DNA of 64,000 bases, taken from NCBI GenBank assembly GCA_005882775.1, contig VBDY01000120.1, positions 3,357 through 67,356 on the forward strand, in the 5' to 3' direction. The notes below the pieces were generated by a model that did not search any database, was not told where the DNA came from, and worked only from the letters and a program-made list of their open reading frames with translations. Source of the DNA: Chloroflexota bacterium. GTDB taxonomy: Bacteria; Chloroflexota; Dormibacteria; CF-121. Below, piece by piece: positions 17,705-28,087 of the stretch; position 1 is the first letter of the stretch, and the number at the start of each line of letters is the position of its first letter. A program made the translations under genes and the position numbers.

Positions 17705-17990
17705 CAGGCTGGCGGGGCGGGGGCTCCTCATCCCTGCCGGCCCAGCGAGTGGCGGCCAGCTGGAGCCCGGCCAGCAGGACCAGGTCCACCGCCGGATGGA
17801 GGTCACCCAGGGCCAGGCGGCTGCCCAGGATCACGGTCGCACCCAGTTCGCCCAGGCCGAAGGCGACAGCGCTCAGGGCGAGCCGGAACAGGTAGTTGGG
17901 CCGCCGCGGCCAGACCACGTAGGCCACCTGCGTGGACAGCAATATAAGAAGGATGGCGAGCAGGAAGGCAGGGGGAACGGCCGGGAACAC
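17679..17990 (-). CDS. hypothetical small hydrophobic protein (questionable)
   Basis: 103-aa ORF with 2-3 hydrophobic helices. Its 3' end overlaps the candidate promoter elements and it lies only ~20 nt from a strong terminator, so it may be spurious. Confidence 0.25.
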   Translation of the reverse strand: MFPAVPPAFLLAILLILLSTQVAYVVWPRRPNYLFRLALSAVAFGLGELGATVILGSRLALGDLHPAVDLVLLAGLQLAATRWAGRDEEPPPRQPGLGGRRSR

Positions 17991-18010
17991 GTCGCGGCCA
18001 CTCTAGCAAC

Positions 18011-18041
18011 AAAAAAGAGGTCCGGCGATCCGCCGGACCTC
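18011..18041 (-). terminator. rho-independent terminator (11-bp perfect GC-rich stem, 3-nt loop, U-tract) downstream of the secreted-protein gene
   Basis: Plus strand reads AAAAAA GAGGTCCGGCG ATC CGCCGGACCTC. On the minus strand the hairpin is followed by TTTTTTGTT. It lies ~20 nt after the stop of ORF 18063..18887. Confidence 0.8.
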
Positions 18042-18062
18042 TGAATCGATCGGTTTGTGTAG

Positions 18063-18887
18063 CTAGTCGGCCTGCGCCTTGCCGTGAGCCAGGCGCTTGC
18101 CCTTCTGCGGCGCAGCAGTCGCAGCGCTCTTGTTCGAAGCGGTCTCACCGCCGCCGGTCGTGAACTTGGGCGCATTCGAGTGCCCCACGTTCTGGCGATG
18201 GTCGACCGACTCGGTGTTGCCGGAGTTGCCCGGGTAGGTGATGGTCGTGTAGTCGACCGTCAGGCCGGAGACCAGCAGATGGACTGACATGTCATCGTTC
18301 ATGCGGTTCACGCTGACACCGGTCAGGGTCTTGGTCGTGTTCGCGCTGTCCACAGTGATGGCGAGCTGGTCCAGGACCGCGCTGCCACCGCCCATCCAGC
18401 CCTGTGCGTAGCCAGACCAGGCGTTCTTAGAGTCGGTGCTGCTCGCGGTGCCAACCACGATGCTGCCGGCGCCGACCCGCCACTCGCGGAGGTTGCCACC
18501 GATGGTCAGGTTGACGGTCTGCGTGCTGCCGTCACTGAAGGTAAGCGTCACCTGGCCCGCTGTGCGGGTGGCATACCAGTAGTAGGTGAACGAGCTGTTC
18601 ACCAGCAGATAGACATGCTTGGGGTTCTTGTACGAGGTGGCGAACGTAGCTGACGTACCGTTGGCGAGATACACGAAGTTCCCGCTGCTCAGGTCAAACG
18701 GGACCGTTGTGTTCGGCAGCACGGGGCCTGCCGGCGGGTTGGAATAGAAGGACGCCAGGGCCGTGTTCGCCTGCGCGGCCAGGCTGACGGTACCGGTGTC
18801 CGCCGATACGAGCGTGCTGAGACCGATCAATAGACCAGACGCGAGAATAAGTCCTTTTGCGGGTTTGGATAGGAGTCCGGCGTTCAT
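18063..18887 (-). CDS. secreted hypothetical protein (Sec signal peptide; Ser/Thr/Asn/Gly-rich beta-type domain)
   Basis: N-terminal signal peptide MNAGLLSKPAKGLILASGLLIGLSTLVSA|DTG. No known motifs. Monocistronic, with its own terminator. Confidence 0.7.
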   Translation of the reverse strand: MNAGLLSKPAKGLILASGLLIGLSTLVSADTGTVSLAAQANTALASFYSNPPAGPVLPNTTVPFDLSSGNFVYLANGTSATFATSYKNPKHVYLLVNSSFTYYWYATRTAGQVTLTFSDGSTQTVNLTIGGNLREWRVGAGSIVVGTASSTDSKNAWSGYAQGWMGGGSAVLDQLAITVDSANTTKTLTGVSVNRMNDDMSVHLLVSGLTVDYTTITYPGNSGNTESVDHRQNVGHSNAPKFTTGGGETASNKSAATAAPQKGKRLAHGKAQAD

Positions 18888-19040
18888 ACCGACTACTCTA
18901 AATTGCGTACCTTACGCGGTCGGTGGCGCGCGGCTGGCAGTCAGTAACGGGGGCGAATAGTCGGGGTCACAGTCCTGCCTGACCTTATGAAAAGCCTTGC
19001 GACGTCGGCCCCGACCACAAAAGATTGGCGCTCCAGGCGG

Positions 19041-20822
19041 TTATAACGGACGTGTTTCGGTCCGCCGCCGAATCTCCAGGCCGAGCTCGCGCAGTTGGCT
19101 CGGGTCGATCGGCGCAGGCGCGCCCGTCATAGGCTCCTCGGCCTGCTGGTTCTTTGGAAATGCAATCACTTCCCGGATGCTTTCCTGCGCGGCCGCCAGC
19201 ATCACCACACGATCCACCCCAAAGGCGAAACCGCCGTGGGGGGGCGCACCGTATTCGAAGGCTTCGAGGAGGAAACCGAAGCGTCGCTGAGCCTCGTCCG
19301 GCGTCAGCCCGATTCCCTGGAAGACGCGCTGCTGCATGGCGGCGTCGTGGATCCGAATGCTTCCCGAGCCTAATTCGGTGCCGTTCAAGACCAGGTCGTA
19401 CGCCCGGGCCCGAACCCGCAGCGGTTCTTTTTCCAGCAAGGCCAGGTCTTCGGGATTCGGCGAGGTGAATGGGTGGTGGGCCGGGGTAAGGTCGCCGGTC
19501 TCCTTGCTGCGCTCGAAGAGCGGAAAGTCGGTGACCCAGACGAACTCGGTCGCCCCCGCCGCTATCAGTCCCAGGCGGCGGGCTGCATCCCGGCGGACCT
19601 GACCCAGGGCCGGGGCGGCAATGTCGGGTCGGTCGGCAACCGCCACCACCAGGTCGCCAGCCTGGGCACCGGTGCCGGCCTGCAGGGCATCGTGCTCGAC
19701 CGGGGTGAAGAATTTCGCGATCGGTGATTGCCAGCCGTCGCCGGTGCGCTGCCACCAGGCGAGGCCTTTGGCGCCCTCTGCCCTGGCAACCTCGGTCAGG
19801 GCATCGATTTCCTTGCCGGCGATCCCGGCCCCGCCGGGAACCCGGATTCCCCGGACACAACCTCCCTGGTCGATCACTTGACGAAAGATCTTGAAGCCGG
19901 TCTTGCTGAAGATCTCGGTCAGGTCGGTGATCTCGAGGCCATAGCGCAGGTCCGGCTTATCCAGGCCGTATTTCGCGATCGCCTCGGCGTGCGTGATCCG
20001 TCGAATCGGAACCTGGATCCGAGACTCCAGGACGTTTTCCCATACGTGCGCGAAGCAGCGCCCGATCACGTCCAGGACGTCGTCTTCCGAGACGAAGGAC
20101 ATCTCGAGGTCGAGCTGGGTGAATTCGGGCTGGCGATCCGCGCGAAGGTCCTCGTCCCGATAGCAGCGGGCTATCTGAAAGTAGCGGTCCAGGCCCGCCA
20201 CCATCAGTAGCTGCTTGTAAAGCTGAGGAGACTGGGCCAGGGCGTAGAAGTATCCTGCCCGCAAACGGCTGGGCACCAGGTAGTCGCGGGCGCCTTCCGG
20301 CGTGCTGCGGATCATCACCGGAGTCTCGATCTCGGTGAATCCCTCCCGGTCGAGAAAGTCCCGGACTGCCTTGACCATCCGATGGCGCAAGTGAAGGTGG
20401 CGTGCCATGCTCGGGCGGCGCAGGTCCAGGTAGCGGTAGCGCAGGCGAAGCTGCTCGTCGACCTGACTGTCTTCGTTGATGGCGAAAGGAGGCGTCTTGG
20501 CCCGGCTCAGGATCTCGACGCTGGCGGCCTCGACCTCGATCTCGCCGGTCAAGAGGTCGCGGTTCTCAGCCCCCGATGGACGTCGCCTGACGACCCCGGT
20601 TACTCGAAGGACGTACTCCAGCCGCAACGAGCCGGCGGCTGCGTACGGCTCGGCGTTGGCCGGCGCAAAGGTCACCTGCACCAGCCCGCTGCGGTCCCGG
20701 AGGTCGATAAAGATCAGGCCGCCATGATCCCGGCGCCGGTGCACCCAGCCATAGAGGTCGACGGTCTCCCCCACCTGGGCGGCGCGCAGGCTGCCACAGG
20801 GGCTGCGCCGGGTCAGGCTCAC
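19041..20822 (-). CDS. aspS: aspartate--tRNA ligase
   Basis: 593 aa. OB anticodon-binding domain plus class II motifs (QLDLEMSF, GGGIGIDRLVM-type C-terminus). Confidence 0.95.
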   Translation of the reverse strand: MSLTRRSPCGSLRAAQVGETVDLYGWVHRRRDHGGLIFIDLRDRSGLVQVTFAPANAEPYAAAGSLRLEYVLRVTGVVRRRPSGAENRDLLTGEIEVEAASVEILSRAKTPPFAINEDSQVDEQLRLRYRYLDLRRPSMARHLHLRHRMVKAVRDFLDREGFTEIETPVMIRSTPEGARDYLVPSRLRAGYFYALAQSPQLYKQLLMVAGLDRYFQIARCYRDEDLRADRQPEFTQLDLEMSFVSEDDVLDVIGRCFAHVWENVLESRIQVPIRRITHAEAIAKYGLDKPDLRYGLEITDLTEIFSKTGFKIFRQVIDQGGCVRGIRVPGGAGIAGKEIDALTEVARAEGAKGLAWWQRTGDGWQSPIAKFFTPVEHDALQAGTGAQAGDLVVAVADRPDIAAPALGQVRRDAARRLGLIAAGATEFVWVTDFPLFERSKETGDLTPAHHPFTSPNPEDLALLEKEPLRVRARAYDLVLNGTELGSGSIRIHDAAMQQRVFQGIGLTPDEAQRRFGFLLEAFEYGAPPHGGFAFGVDRVVMLAAAQESIREVIAFPKNQQAEEPMTGAPAPIDPSQLRELGLEIRRRTETRPL

Positions 20823-22135
20823 ACCCGCCCGTCCAGTCTCTTGCCGACCGCCGCGGGCAGCTCTCCGTAGCCGACGCTGACCTGCTCCTTGTCCCGCATG
20901 TCGCGAAGGATGGCCTGGCCATGGGCGCGCTCCTCCGGTCCGACGATCAGCGCCAGCCTGGCTCCCCGCCGGTCGGCTTTGCGCAGCTTGGCGTCGAGCC
21001 TGGCTTCGCCGGCGTCGACGATGACTCCAAAACCATGCCCTCGCAGAGTAGAGGCCAGCTCGATTACCTGGCCGCGGTCCTCCGCACTGACCGTTACCGC
21101 ATAGACATCCAGGCCGTCGGACTCCCCCGGCCGCTCCTGCTTGAGGATGACCGCGGTCCGGTCGAGGCCAATCGCGAACCCCATGCCCGGGGTGGAGCGA
21201 AATCCCAGCTCGGCCGCCAGGCCATCGTAGCGTCCGCCTCCCACGAGCGCGTTCTGGGCGCCGCCCAGGCTCTCGTGCCAGCCCTCGAACACGGTGCGTG
21301 TGTAATAGTCGAGCCCGCGCACCAGCGTCGGATTCAAGGCGAAGGGAATGTCCAGGCCGCGCAGGCCGGCCTTGACGGCTTCAAAGGCCGCCGCGCAGGC
21401 GGCATCGAGGTGATCCACTATCCGGGGGGCGTCGGCCTTGAAGCGTTGGTCGGCGGGCACATTGCAGTCCAGCATCCGCAGCGGGTTTCGCTCGAAGCGG
21501 ACCTGGTCATCCGCACAGAGCTGCGGGAGCAGCGGTCGGTAGTAGTCGCGGAGCAGCTCGCGGTAGGCTGGCCTGCAGACCTCGTCACCGATGCTGTTCA
21601 CCTGCAGGCCGATCCCGCTGAGACCGAGCTCTTTGAACCACGACCAGGCGAGCTGGATCGCCTCCACGTCGAGGCCCGGGTCGTCATCGCCGATCACCTC
21701 GACGCCGAGCTGATGCAGCTGCCGGAACCGACCCGCCTGGGGGCGGCCGTACCGGAAATACGGGCCGATGTAGAAAAGCCGCACGGGCTGCGGCTCCTCG
21801 GTCAGCCCGCCCTCAAAGTACGCCCGGACGATGGGGGCCGTGCCCTCGGGGCGCAGGGTGAGGGAGCGTTCTCCGCGGTCTGTAAATGTGTACATCTCCT
21901 TGAGAACGATGTCGCTCGCATCGCCGGCGCTGCGACTGAAGAGCTCGGTGGCTTCGAAGATCGGCGTATCGATCTTGCGGTACCCATAGCGGACAGCCAG
22001 TCGCTCGGCCGCCTGCTGCATCAACCGCCAGTAGGGTTGATCAGCAGGCAGGATGTCTTGCGTCCCGCGCGGACGCTGCAGCGGCGTGCGCGCCATGGAT
22101 GGGAAGGATACGGGAACGCGCGTGCCGCCCGGCAA
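20819..22135 (-). CDS. hisS: histidine--tRNA ligase
   Basis: 438 aa with class IIa motifs (RGTQDILPAD..., LRPEGTAPIVRAY). 4-nt overlap with aspS. Confidence 0.95.
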   Translation of the reverse strand: MPGGTRVPVSFPSMARTPLQRPRGTQDILPADQPYWRLMQQAAERLAVRYGYRKIDTPIFEATELFSRSAGDASDIVLKEMYTFTDRGERSLTLRPEGTAPIVRAYFEGGLTEEPQPVRLFYIGPYFRYGRPQAGRFRQLHQLGVEVIGDDDPGLDVEAIQLAWSWFKELGLSGIGLQVNSIGDEVCRPAYRELLRDYYRPLLPQLCADDQVRFERNPLRMLDCNVPADQRFKADAPRIVDHLDAACAAAFEAVKAGLRGLDIPFALNPTLVRGLDYYTRTVFEGWHESLGGAQNALVGGGRYDGLAAELGFRSTPGMGFAIGLDRTAVILKQERPGESDGLDVYAVTVSAEDRGQVIELASTLRGHGFGVIVDAGEARLDAKLRKADRRGARLALIVGPEERAHGQAILRDMRDKEQVSVGYGELPAAVGKRLDGRV

Positions 22136-22143
22136 TGGTTACG

Positions 22144-24843
22144 TCAGCTGGCGAGCTGGCCCGACGCCGGCAGTCCCTCGTCGCTGCGTGCCACCCGGTT
22201 GCGCCCAGTGCGCTTGGCCACGTAGAGCGCCTGGTCCGCCGCCTGCACCAGCGCCTCCCGGGTGTCGCCGTCCCTTGGGAAAGTGGCGATGCCAAGACTG
22301 AGCGAAAGATGCGAGACCAGGTGACCCTCGAACACCAGCGGTTGGGAGGCCACCGCGCTTCGGATCCGCTCGGCCACGATCGCCGCCGCGCGCATGTCGG
22401 CTCCGCGCAGGACGAGCACGAATTCATCGCCGCCATACCGCGCGACCAGGTCCTTGGGCCGGACCGCGGGGACGAGGACCTGCTGGGTCAGATACCGAAG
22501 CACTGCGTCGCCGGTCGGATGGCCGACCGTGTCATTGATCTGCTTGAAGTGGTCGACGTCACACATGACCAGCGCCAGCGATTCGCGTGTCTTACGCGCC
22601 CGCTGCAGCTCGCGGTCGAGCCGAGACTCAAACTCCCGGTGATTCGCCACGCCGGTCATGGTGTCGGTCATGGCGAGGTGTTTGGTCTCCTCGTATGCCG
22701 CCGCGTTCTCGATGGCGATCACCACCTGGTTGGCCAGGGTCTGCAGAACCCGCAGCTCGCTTCGCTCCAGCTGTCGGGGAGTGCGCATATGGACCACCAG
22801 GACGCCCGCGATCTCGCCGTCGAGGGTCATCGGGACTCCCAGGGCCCGCTCCAGTCCGATCCGTCGCGACGCACCCAGGGGGGTGGCCTGGTCGGCGGTG
22901 ATGTCGAGCTCGAAGACCTGCTCCGGGCGCTCCACGCCGGCGGCGACCGCGGCGCCGCTGGCCCGCACGCCGGCCAGCTCCCGCCGGGTGGCGCAGCCGA
23001 CGTAGACATCGGAGAACTGCTGGCGCCAGGCCCGGTTGCGCAGGTGTATGGACGCGTAAGGCATTTCGAGGATGTCCGCGGTGGCGTGCGCGACGGCACG
23101 CAGCAGGCTGTCCGTGCCGACGGTGACCGTGGTCAGCGCTTGCGAGATCTTCTCCAGGGCAACGATTGCCTGGTCCAGGCGATGAGCCTGCAGCTCGGTC
23201 TTCCTCCGAAGGTCCGCGTTCTCGAGCATCAGGGCCATCTCGGTGGCGATCGTTTGCAGGACCTCGATGTCCTGTTGAGGCAGCGAATACGCCGGGCCAA
23301 CCCCCACCAGGAGGTATCCGGCATTGCGCCCGCTGCGGATCAGCGGAACCACCAGGACCCGGCGTGCGCCGGCCAGCTCCGCGAAGAGCCGGATGGCGCG
23401 CCGGCGATCCTCTGCAGTGTTTTCGACCGTCTCGATGGTTGCGCCGGCCTCGTTCGAGAAACCGTCCGCCATCTTCGGTCCGCTGAGCCGGGACAGCTGC
23501 CCGGTGTGTTCAACCTTCAGGCCGACGATGGCACGCAGGTCGAGGGCATGTAGCTCGCCGGCACGCGACAGGAGGAGGGCGGTCTCGATGCCAAGCGATT
23601 TCAGGCTGACACTCAGGATGGCTTCGGCCATGGCGCCCGGCTCGCTTTCCTTGCCGAACCCCTGGCTGGTCTGTGTCAGAGCGGCCAGCCGGCTCATCTG
23701 GTCGTTGAGGGCGCGGGTCCGGTCCTGGAGGTCGTGGGTCATGGTGTTGAAGGCGGATGCGAGCTCGCCCAGCTCGTCGCGCCGGCGAACCGTCAGCCGG
23801 CGGCTCAGCTCTCCGCGAGCGACCGCCTGGGTGCCGGCGACCAGGTCCTCGATCGGACGGGTCAGGCGGAGTGCCAGGACGTAGCCGATCATAAGCAGGA
23901 GCAGGACAACGGCCGCAAACAACACGGTCATCTGGACCGCCGAGCGAAGGCCGGCAGCGACCACGGCGTCGCGAGAGAGGGCGACCGCCAGATAGCCTTG
24001 CGGTTGCTGGCGCAGGTAGAAATGCGTGAACTGGAACTCATAGGGCTGGCCCTTTACGTCCAGGGTCCGGCGGGCCGCGCGGCCCGGCGACGCCAGGTCG
24101 AGGTAGGACGCACTCTGTGGGTCCATGGCTCCGGCCGGAACCCCGGCAAGGGTGCTACCCAGGAGCCGCCGATCGGTGTCGAGCAGTGCGACATCGGATT
24201 GACCGGCCGCGCGCATTTCACCGAGCACAGCCGGCAGCGGCGTGGCAAGCAGCACGCCCCCGGTGACGCGGTCGTTGAAGATGATCGGCCCGGCGGTGGC
24301 CAGACGGATGGGGGCGCTGTCGATGTAGCCGATGAACTTGTCGCCCAGAGCGTCGAACGATCCGAGTAGCACCGGGCGAACCACGGGCTCGGCCGAGACA
24401 TCGTTCCCACTCGCAAACACGAGGCCGCCAGGGTTCCTGGCATCCGGCTGGTCGATTTCGAGGATGGTGCGCCCGGACGAATCGAAGACCTTGATGCTCC
24501 CGAGCCGGTTATTGATCTCGAGCGGCACGAGCAGCTTGCGCAGCGCCGCGGCGTCGTGATTTTTGACCGCCAGGTCGACTCCCTCCGTGTTGGCGATCAG
24601 GCGGACGGCGGCGACCTGCCGGCCCTGCACCTTGACCGCAGCGTCGAGCGCGGCATCCTGTGCCTGGACAAGCTGGTCGGCGATCCGGTGTTCGAGGGAG
24701 CTGGCCACCAGGCTGGTGGTGAGGTAAGTGCCGACAACTCCCAGGATCAGCATCAGGAGGAGGAAGGGCAGGATGATCTGTGTCCGAATCCTGAGCGCAG
24801 GGATGACCAGGCGCCGGCGTCCGCCCCGGTTCTTCTTACCCAC
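22144..24843 (-). CDS. membrane sensor diguanylate cyclase (TM - periplasmic Cache-like domain - TM - HAMP - GAF - GAF - GGDEF)
   Basis: HAMP segment ([26 protein letters not shown]...), two GAF-like regions, and a GGDEF domain with an intact RYGGDEF active site and I-site context. GTG start overlaps the upstream gene's stop (GTGGGTAA). Confidence 0.85.
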   Translation of the reverse strand: MGKKNRGGRRRLVIPALRIRTQIILPFLLLMLILGVVGTYLTTSLVASSLEHRIADQLVQAQDAALDAAVKVQGRQVAAVRLIANTEGVDLAVKNHDAAALRKLLVPLEINNRLGSIKVFDSSGRTILEIDQPDARNPGGLVFASGNDVSAEPVVRPVLLGSFDALGDKFIGYIDSAPIRLATAGPIIFNDRVTGGVLLATPLPAVLGEMRAAGQSDVALLDTDRRLLGSTLAGVPAGAMDPQSASYLDLASPGRAARRTLDVKGQPYEFQFTHFYLRQQPQGYLAVALSRDAVVAAGLRSAVQMTVLFAAVVLLLLMIGYVLALRLTRPIEDLVAGTQAVARGELSRRLTVRRRDELGELASAFNTMTHDLQDRTRALNDQMSRLAALTQTSQGFGKESEPGAMAEAILSVSLKSLGIETALLLSRAGELHALDLRAIVGLKVEHTGQLSRLSGPKMADGFSNEAGATIETVENTAEDRRRAIRLFAELAGARRVLVVPLIRSGRNAGYLLVGVGPAYSLPQQDIEVLQTIATEMALMLENADLRRKTELQAHRLDQAIVALEKISQALTTVTVGTDSLLRAVAHATADILEMPYASIHLRNRAWRQQFSDVYVGCATRRELAGVRASGAAVAAGVERPEQVFELDITADQATPLGASRRIGLERALGVPMTLDGEIAGVLVVHMRTPRQLERSELRVLQTLANQVVIAIENAAAYEETKHLAMTDTMTGVANHREFESRLDRELQRARKTRESLALVMCDVDHFKQINDTVGHPTGDAVLRYLTQQVLVPAVRPKDLVARYGGDEFVLVLRGADMRAAAIVAERIRSAVASQPLVFEGHLVSHLSLSLGIATFPRDGDTREALVQAADQALYVAKRTGRNRVARSDEGLPASGQLAS

Positions 24844-25723
24844 GGCACGTCCACGACTGGGCTTGAACGCTGTACGCGGGGTACACGAATACGAGCTGCT
24901 CCGAGCCCGAGTGCTGGGGCGTCCACTGGTCGCTCACGACCGCGTGCGCGCTGAAGTCGCCGGCCGCGATCACGATCGGCTGTTCCGGCTGGATGGTTGT
25001 CTTCTGGCCGTCCGTCCGGACCCAGCCGTAGTACACGGTCCCGCCGGCGCCGTTCGTCGTGAAGCTCCCAGTGGCCGTCACCTGTCCGTTCGAGCACGGT
25101 GCCCCGCTACCGGCCGGATGCTTGCTCACATTCTCCTGAGCGAACAGGATCCTGAACTGGCCCGGAATCGGCGTGGGTGTGGGCGTCGGCCGAGGGGTCG
25201 GAGTTGGTGTCGGAGTGGGACTTGGGGTGGGCGTGGGGGATGGGCTCGGGCTCGGTGAGGGGGTTGGAGTGGGCGTGGGTGTTGGTGTGGGTGTTGGGGC
25301 CGGCGTGGGGGTCGGAGTCGGGGACGCCGACGGTCTGGGGGTTGGAGTCGGGCGTGGGGTAGGCGTGGGAGGGATCACCGGACGGGTGCTGGGAGCGACG
25401 CTCTGATTGGGTGGCGTGACCACGGTGAGAATCGGTGGAATAACGAGGATGTCGGACTGGCCTGTTGAATTGAAGAGGTTGTTGTCCCGCATGGCTTCCT
25501 CGGCCACCTGCGGGCTCAGCGGCTTGGTCCGGGCCCCCGAATCCAGGCCGAAGTCGGGGCCCAGGCTGGGAACCTGAACCCAGGCCAGGCCGTCGTTCGG
25601 CCGCAAGGCGGCCAGGGCCACCGCTCCGAAGAGCACGACGACGCCAACGCCAAGCCCTGTGAAGCCGGCGAGCGTGCGGCGTCCTTTCCGATTGGCACCC
25701 ATCATTCGCGCGTCGTAGCGCAC
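24836..25723 (-). CDS. membrane-anchored protein with a long Pro-Thr/Pro-Ser repeat linker and a C-terminal Cys-containing extracytoplasmic domain
   Basis: N-terminal TM ([24 protein letters not shown]), a ~70-aa (PT/PS)n linker, and a ~110-aa C-terminal domain with 2 Cys. 8-nt overlap with the GGDEF gene. Confidence 0.65.
   Translation of the reverse strand: MRYDARMMGANRKGRRTLAGFTGLGVGVVVLFGAVALAALRPNDGLAWVQVPSLGPDFGLDSGARTKPLSPQVAEEAMRDNNLFNSTGQSDILVIPPILTVVTPPNQSVAPSTRPVIPPTPTPRPTPTPRPSASPTPTPTPAPTPTPTPTPTPTPSPSPSPSPTPTPSPTPTPTPTPRPTPTPTPIPGQFRILFAQENVSKHPAGSGAPCSNGQVTATGSFTTNGAGGTVYYGWVRTDGQKTTIQPEQPIVIAAGDFSAHAVVSDQWTPQHSGSEQLVFVYPAYSVQAQSWTCRG
25168..25375. repeat. degenerate tandem hexanucleotide repeat (GGNGTN-type on plus strand) encoding the (Pro-Thr)n linker
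   Basis: Visible run ggtgtgggcgtcggc...ggagttggtgtcggagtggga...gtgggtgttggtgtgggtgttgg, encoding [12 protein letters not shown]... on the minus strand. Confidence 0.7.
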
Positions 25724-25858
25724 TACCGATGCTAGGGAGCCGAACTTACGGCGGCCGTTTCACCCAGCGCCGCGCCAGGCGCTGCCGTAACGATTTGGTG
25801 ACAACCCGCCCGGGGCGTCGGCCCGCCGGCCTTTTGAGGCGTTCGACGGTCGCGAGGC

Positions 25859-28045
25859 CTAGCTCGCGGCCAGGTTACCTTCGCGCGCGACCGTGTGCAC
25901 GTCCTTGACGGTCTCGAGTCGCTCCATCAGGCGGCTGAGCTGGGTCAGGCTGCTGATCTCCACCGTGGTCGAGATCACCGCCGTCTTGTCGTCGTAGACC
26001 TGGACCTCGGCACCGGTCAGGTTGATCTTGTTTTCCGCGATCACGGTGGCAATGTCACGCAGCAGCCCGGTCCGGTCCCAGGCCTCGATCTTGATAGCGA
26101 CCGGGTAGAGCTGCCGGCCGCCGGTGTCCCAGTCGACCTCGACCAGACGCTCCTGGTTGAGCACGTTCATCACGTTTTTGCAGGTGGCCCGGTGGACGGT
26201 GATCCCCTTGCCCCGAGTGATGTATCCCTTGATCGGGTCCCCGGGAACGGGCTTGCAGCATTGGGCGATCTGGGTCAGGACACCTCGCTCGCCTTTGACC
26301 CGGATCTCGCCAGTCGGCTTGAACTGGGGCACCATCGGGATGAGCGGGAACTCGCCGTTGCCGTCCGGCTGGCTGGCCGCCACATCCTTGAGCAGCACCG
26401 CGTGGGCGCTGACGTCACCGTATCCGATCGCGGCGAAGAAATCGTTGAGGTCGTTGAAGTGAAACTCCTGGGCCAGCTCGAGCACGCGAGCGTCGCCAAT
26501 CGACGCAAGCGACCGCTGCTCAATCCGGCGAAACTCTTTGTCGAGGAGCTCTTTACCCTTGGCGACATTCTCCTCTCGACGTTCCTTCTTGAACCAGGCG
26601 CGGATCTTTTGGGAGGCTCCGGCGGTCTTGACGAAACTGAGCCAGTCACGGCTGGGGCCATGCGGCCCCTTGGAAGTGAGGACCTCAACGATGTCACCGT
26701 TCTCAAGCGGATAGTCGAGCGGCACCATCCGGCTGTTAGCCTTGGCCCCGATGCAGCGGTGCCCGACCTCGGTATGGATCCGGTAAGCGAAGTCGACCGC
26801 GGTCGCACCACTCGGCAGGGCGAGCACATCACCCTTGGGGGTGAAGACGAAGACCTCGTCGCGAAACACGTCGACCTTGACCGCATCCACGAACTTCTCG
26901 GCGTCGAGCACCTCTTTCTGCCAGTCCATCAACTGGCGGAGCCAGGCGAAGCGCTGGTCCATCTTGCGCTCTTCTTTGGAGCCCTCTTTGTAAGCCCAGT
27001 GCGCGGCCACGCCCCACTCCGCGGTCTTGTGCATCTCGTGGGTTCGGATCTGGATCTCCATCGGCTCCCCGGAGTGGCTGACGACGGTGGTATGCAGGGA
27101 CTGGTAGCCGTTCGACTTCGGCATGGCGATGTAGTCCTTGAAGCGACCGGGGATCGGCTTCCAGAGCGAATGGATCACGCCCAGGGCGCCGTAGCAGTCC
27201 TTGATCGAGTCGGTCAGCACCCGGATCGCGGAGAGGTCGTAGATCTCGTCGAAATCCTTGCCGAGCGCGAGCTTCTGGGCGATGCTGTACACGTGCTTGG
27301 GCCGGCCGCTGGTGTCGGCTTTGATGCCGACGGCTGAAAGCTCTCGCTCCAGGATCTCCTTGATGTCGTTGACGTAGGTTTCGCGCTCCTTGCGCTTGCG
27401 CGCGATCCGCTTGACGATGTCGTGGTACTCGTCCGGATGCAGCTGGGAGAAGGAGAGGTCCTCCAGCTCCCATTTGATGTTCCACATCCCGAGCCGGTGG
27501 GCGAGCGGCGCATAGATGTCGAGCGTCTCCTGGGCCATGGCTCGTCGCCTGTTCTCCGGAAGGAAGTCCACCGTGCGCATGTTGTGCAGCCGGTCGGCGA
27601 GTTTCATCAGCACTACCCGGACGTCCTCGGCCATGGCGACCAGCATCTTGCGGACGTTCTCCGCCTGTGCCTGCTCCTGGCTGTGGAAGGAGATCTTCTC
27701 CAGCTTGGTCACGCCGGCCACGAGCTTGCCGACAGTGGGGCCAAAGCTCTGCTCGAGGTCCGTGACCGTCAGGTGGGTGTCCTCCACGGTGTCGTGGAGG
27801 ATGGCGGCGGCCAGCGTGTCCCGGTCCAGCTGGAGGTCGGCGAGGATCCCCGCCACGCTGAGCGGATGCTCGATGAATTTCTCGCCCGACAGCCGGTTCT
27901 GGTCGTGGTGGGCACTGGCGGCCGTGTCGTAGGCGCGCGACAGGACCTCAACGTCCTGCGGCGGTAAGTAGCTGAGCTTGGTCAGCAGATCCGCGAATTG
28001 CATTGTGCCCTTTGTGGAATTATCCCCGAAGTCCTGGAAACCCAA
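25859..28045 (-). CDS. relA: bifunctional (p)ppGpp synthetase/hydrolase RelA/SpoT (Rel)
   Basis: 728 aa. HD hydrolase domain, RelA_SpoT synthetase, TGS and ACT domains are all recognisable. Confidence 0.95.
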   Translation of the reverse strand: MGFQDFGDNSTKGTMQFADLLTKLSYLPPQDVEVLSRAYDTAASAHHDQNRLSGEKFIEHPLSVAGILADLQLDRDTLAAAILHDTVEDTHLTVTDLEQSFGPTVGKLVAGVTKLEKISFHSQEQAQAENVRKMLVAMAEDVRVVLMKLADRLHNMRTVDFLPENRRRAMAQETLDIYAPLAHRLGMWNIKWELEDLSFSQLHPDEYHDIVKRIARKRKERETYVNDIKEILERELSAVGIKADTSGRPKHVYSIAQKLALGKDFDEIYDLSAIRVLTDSIKDCYGALGVIHSLWKPIPGRFKDYIAMPKSNGYQSLHTTVVSHSGEPMEIQIRTHEMHKTAEWGVAAHWAYKEGSKEERKMDQRFAWLRQLMDWQKEVLDAEKFVDAVKVDVFRDEVFVFTPKGDVLALPSGATAVDFAYRIHTEVGHRCIGAKANSRMVPLDYPLENGDIVEVLTSKGPHGPSRDWLSFVKTAGASQKIRAWFKKERREENVAKGKELLDKEFRRIEQRSLASIGDARVLELAQEFHFNDLNDFFAAIGYGDVSAHAVLLKDVAASQPDGNGEFPLIPMVPQFKPTGEIRVKGERGVLTQIAQCCKPVPGDPIKGYITRGKGITVHRATCKNVMNVLNQERLVEVDWDTGGRQLYPVAIKIEAWDRTGLLRDIATVIAENKINLTGAEVQVYDDKTAVISTTVEISSLTQLSRLMERLETVKDVHTVAREGNLAAS

Positions 28046-28087
28046 CCGGCGCAGTCGCGCGGGTAGGGACGCCGGGCAGGCTGCCGC

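Noticed and set aside
18985-19860. 291-aa minus-strand ORF overlapping aspS in another frame
   Set aside because: It is an Arg/Gly/Pro-rich frame-shadow of aspS.
25724-25858. GC-rich inverted repeats between relA and the PT-repeat gene as a possible terminator or riboswitch
   Set aside because: The stems are short and imperfect and there is no U-tract. I cannot support a structured RNA from sequence alone.
25895-27337. 480-aa plus-strand ORF opposite relA, with similar large plus-strand ORFs at 3947..4921, 8869..9861, 10565..11446, 14327..15250, 15254..16111, 20921..22225, 22099..23553, 29675..31444, 33673..34500, 52707..53633, 53652..54548 and 56348..57415
   Set aside because: These are antisense shadows of well-supported minus-strand genes. 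Their translations are Arg/Gly/Pro/Asp/Leu/Val-rich and low-complexity with no motifs, which is typical of high-GC antisense frames.
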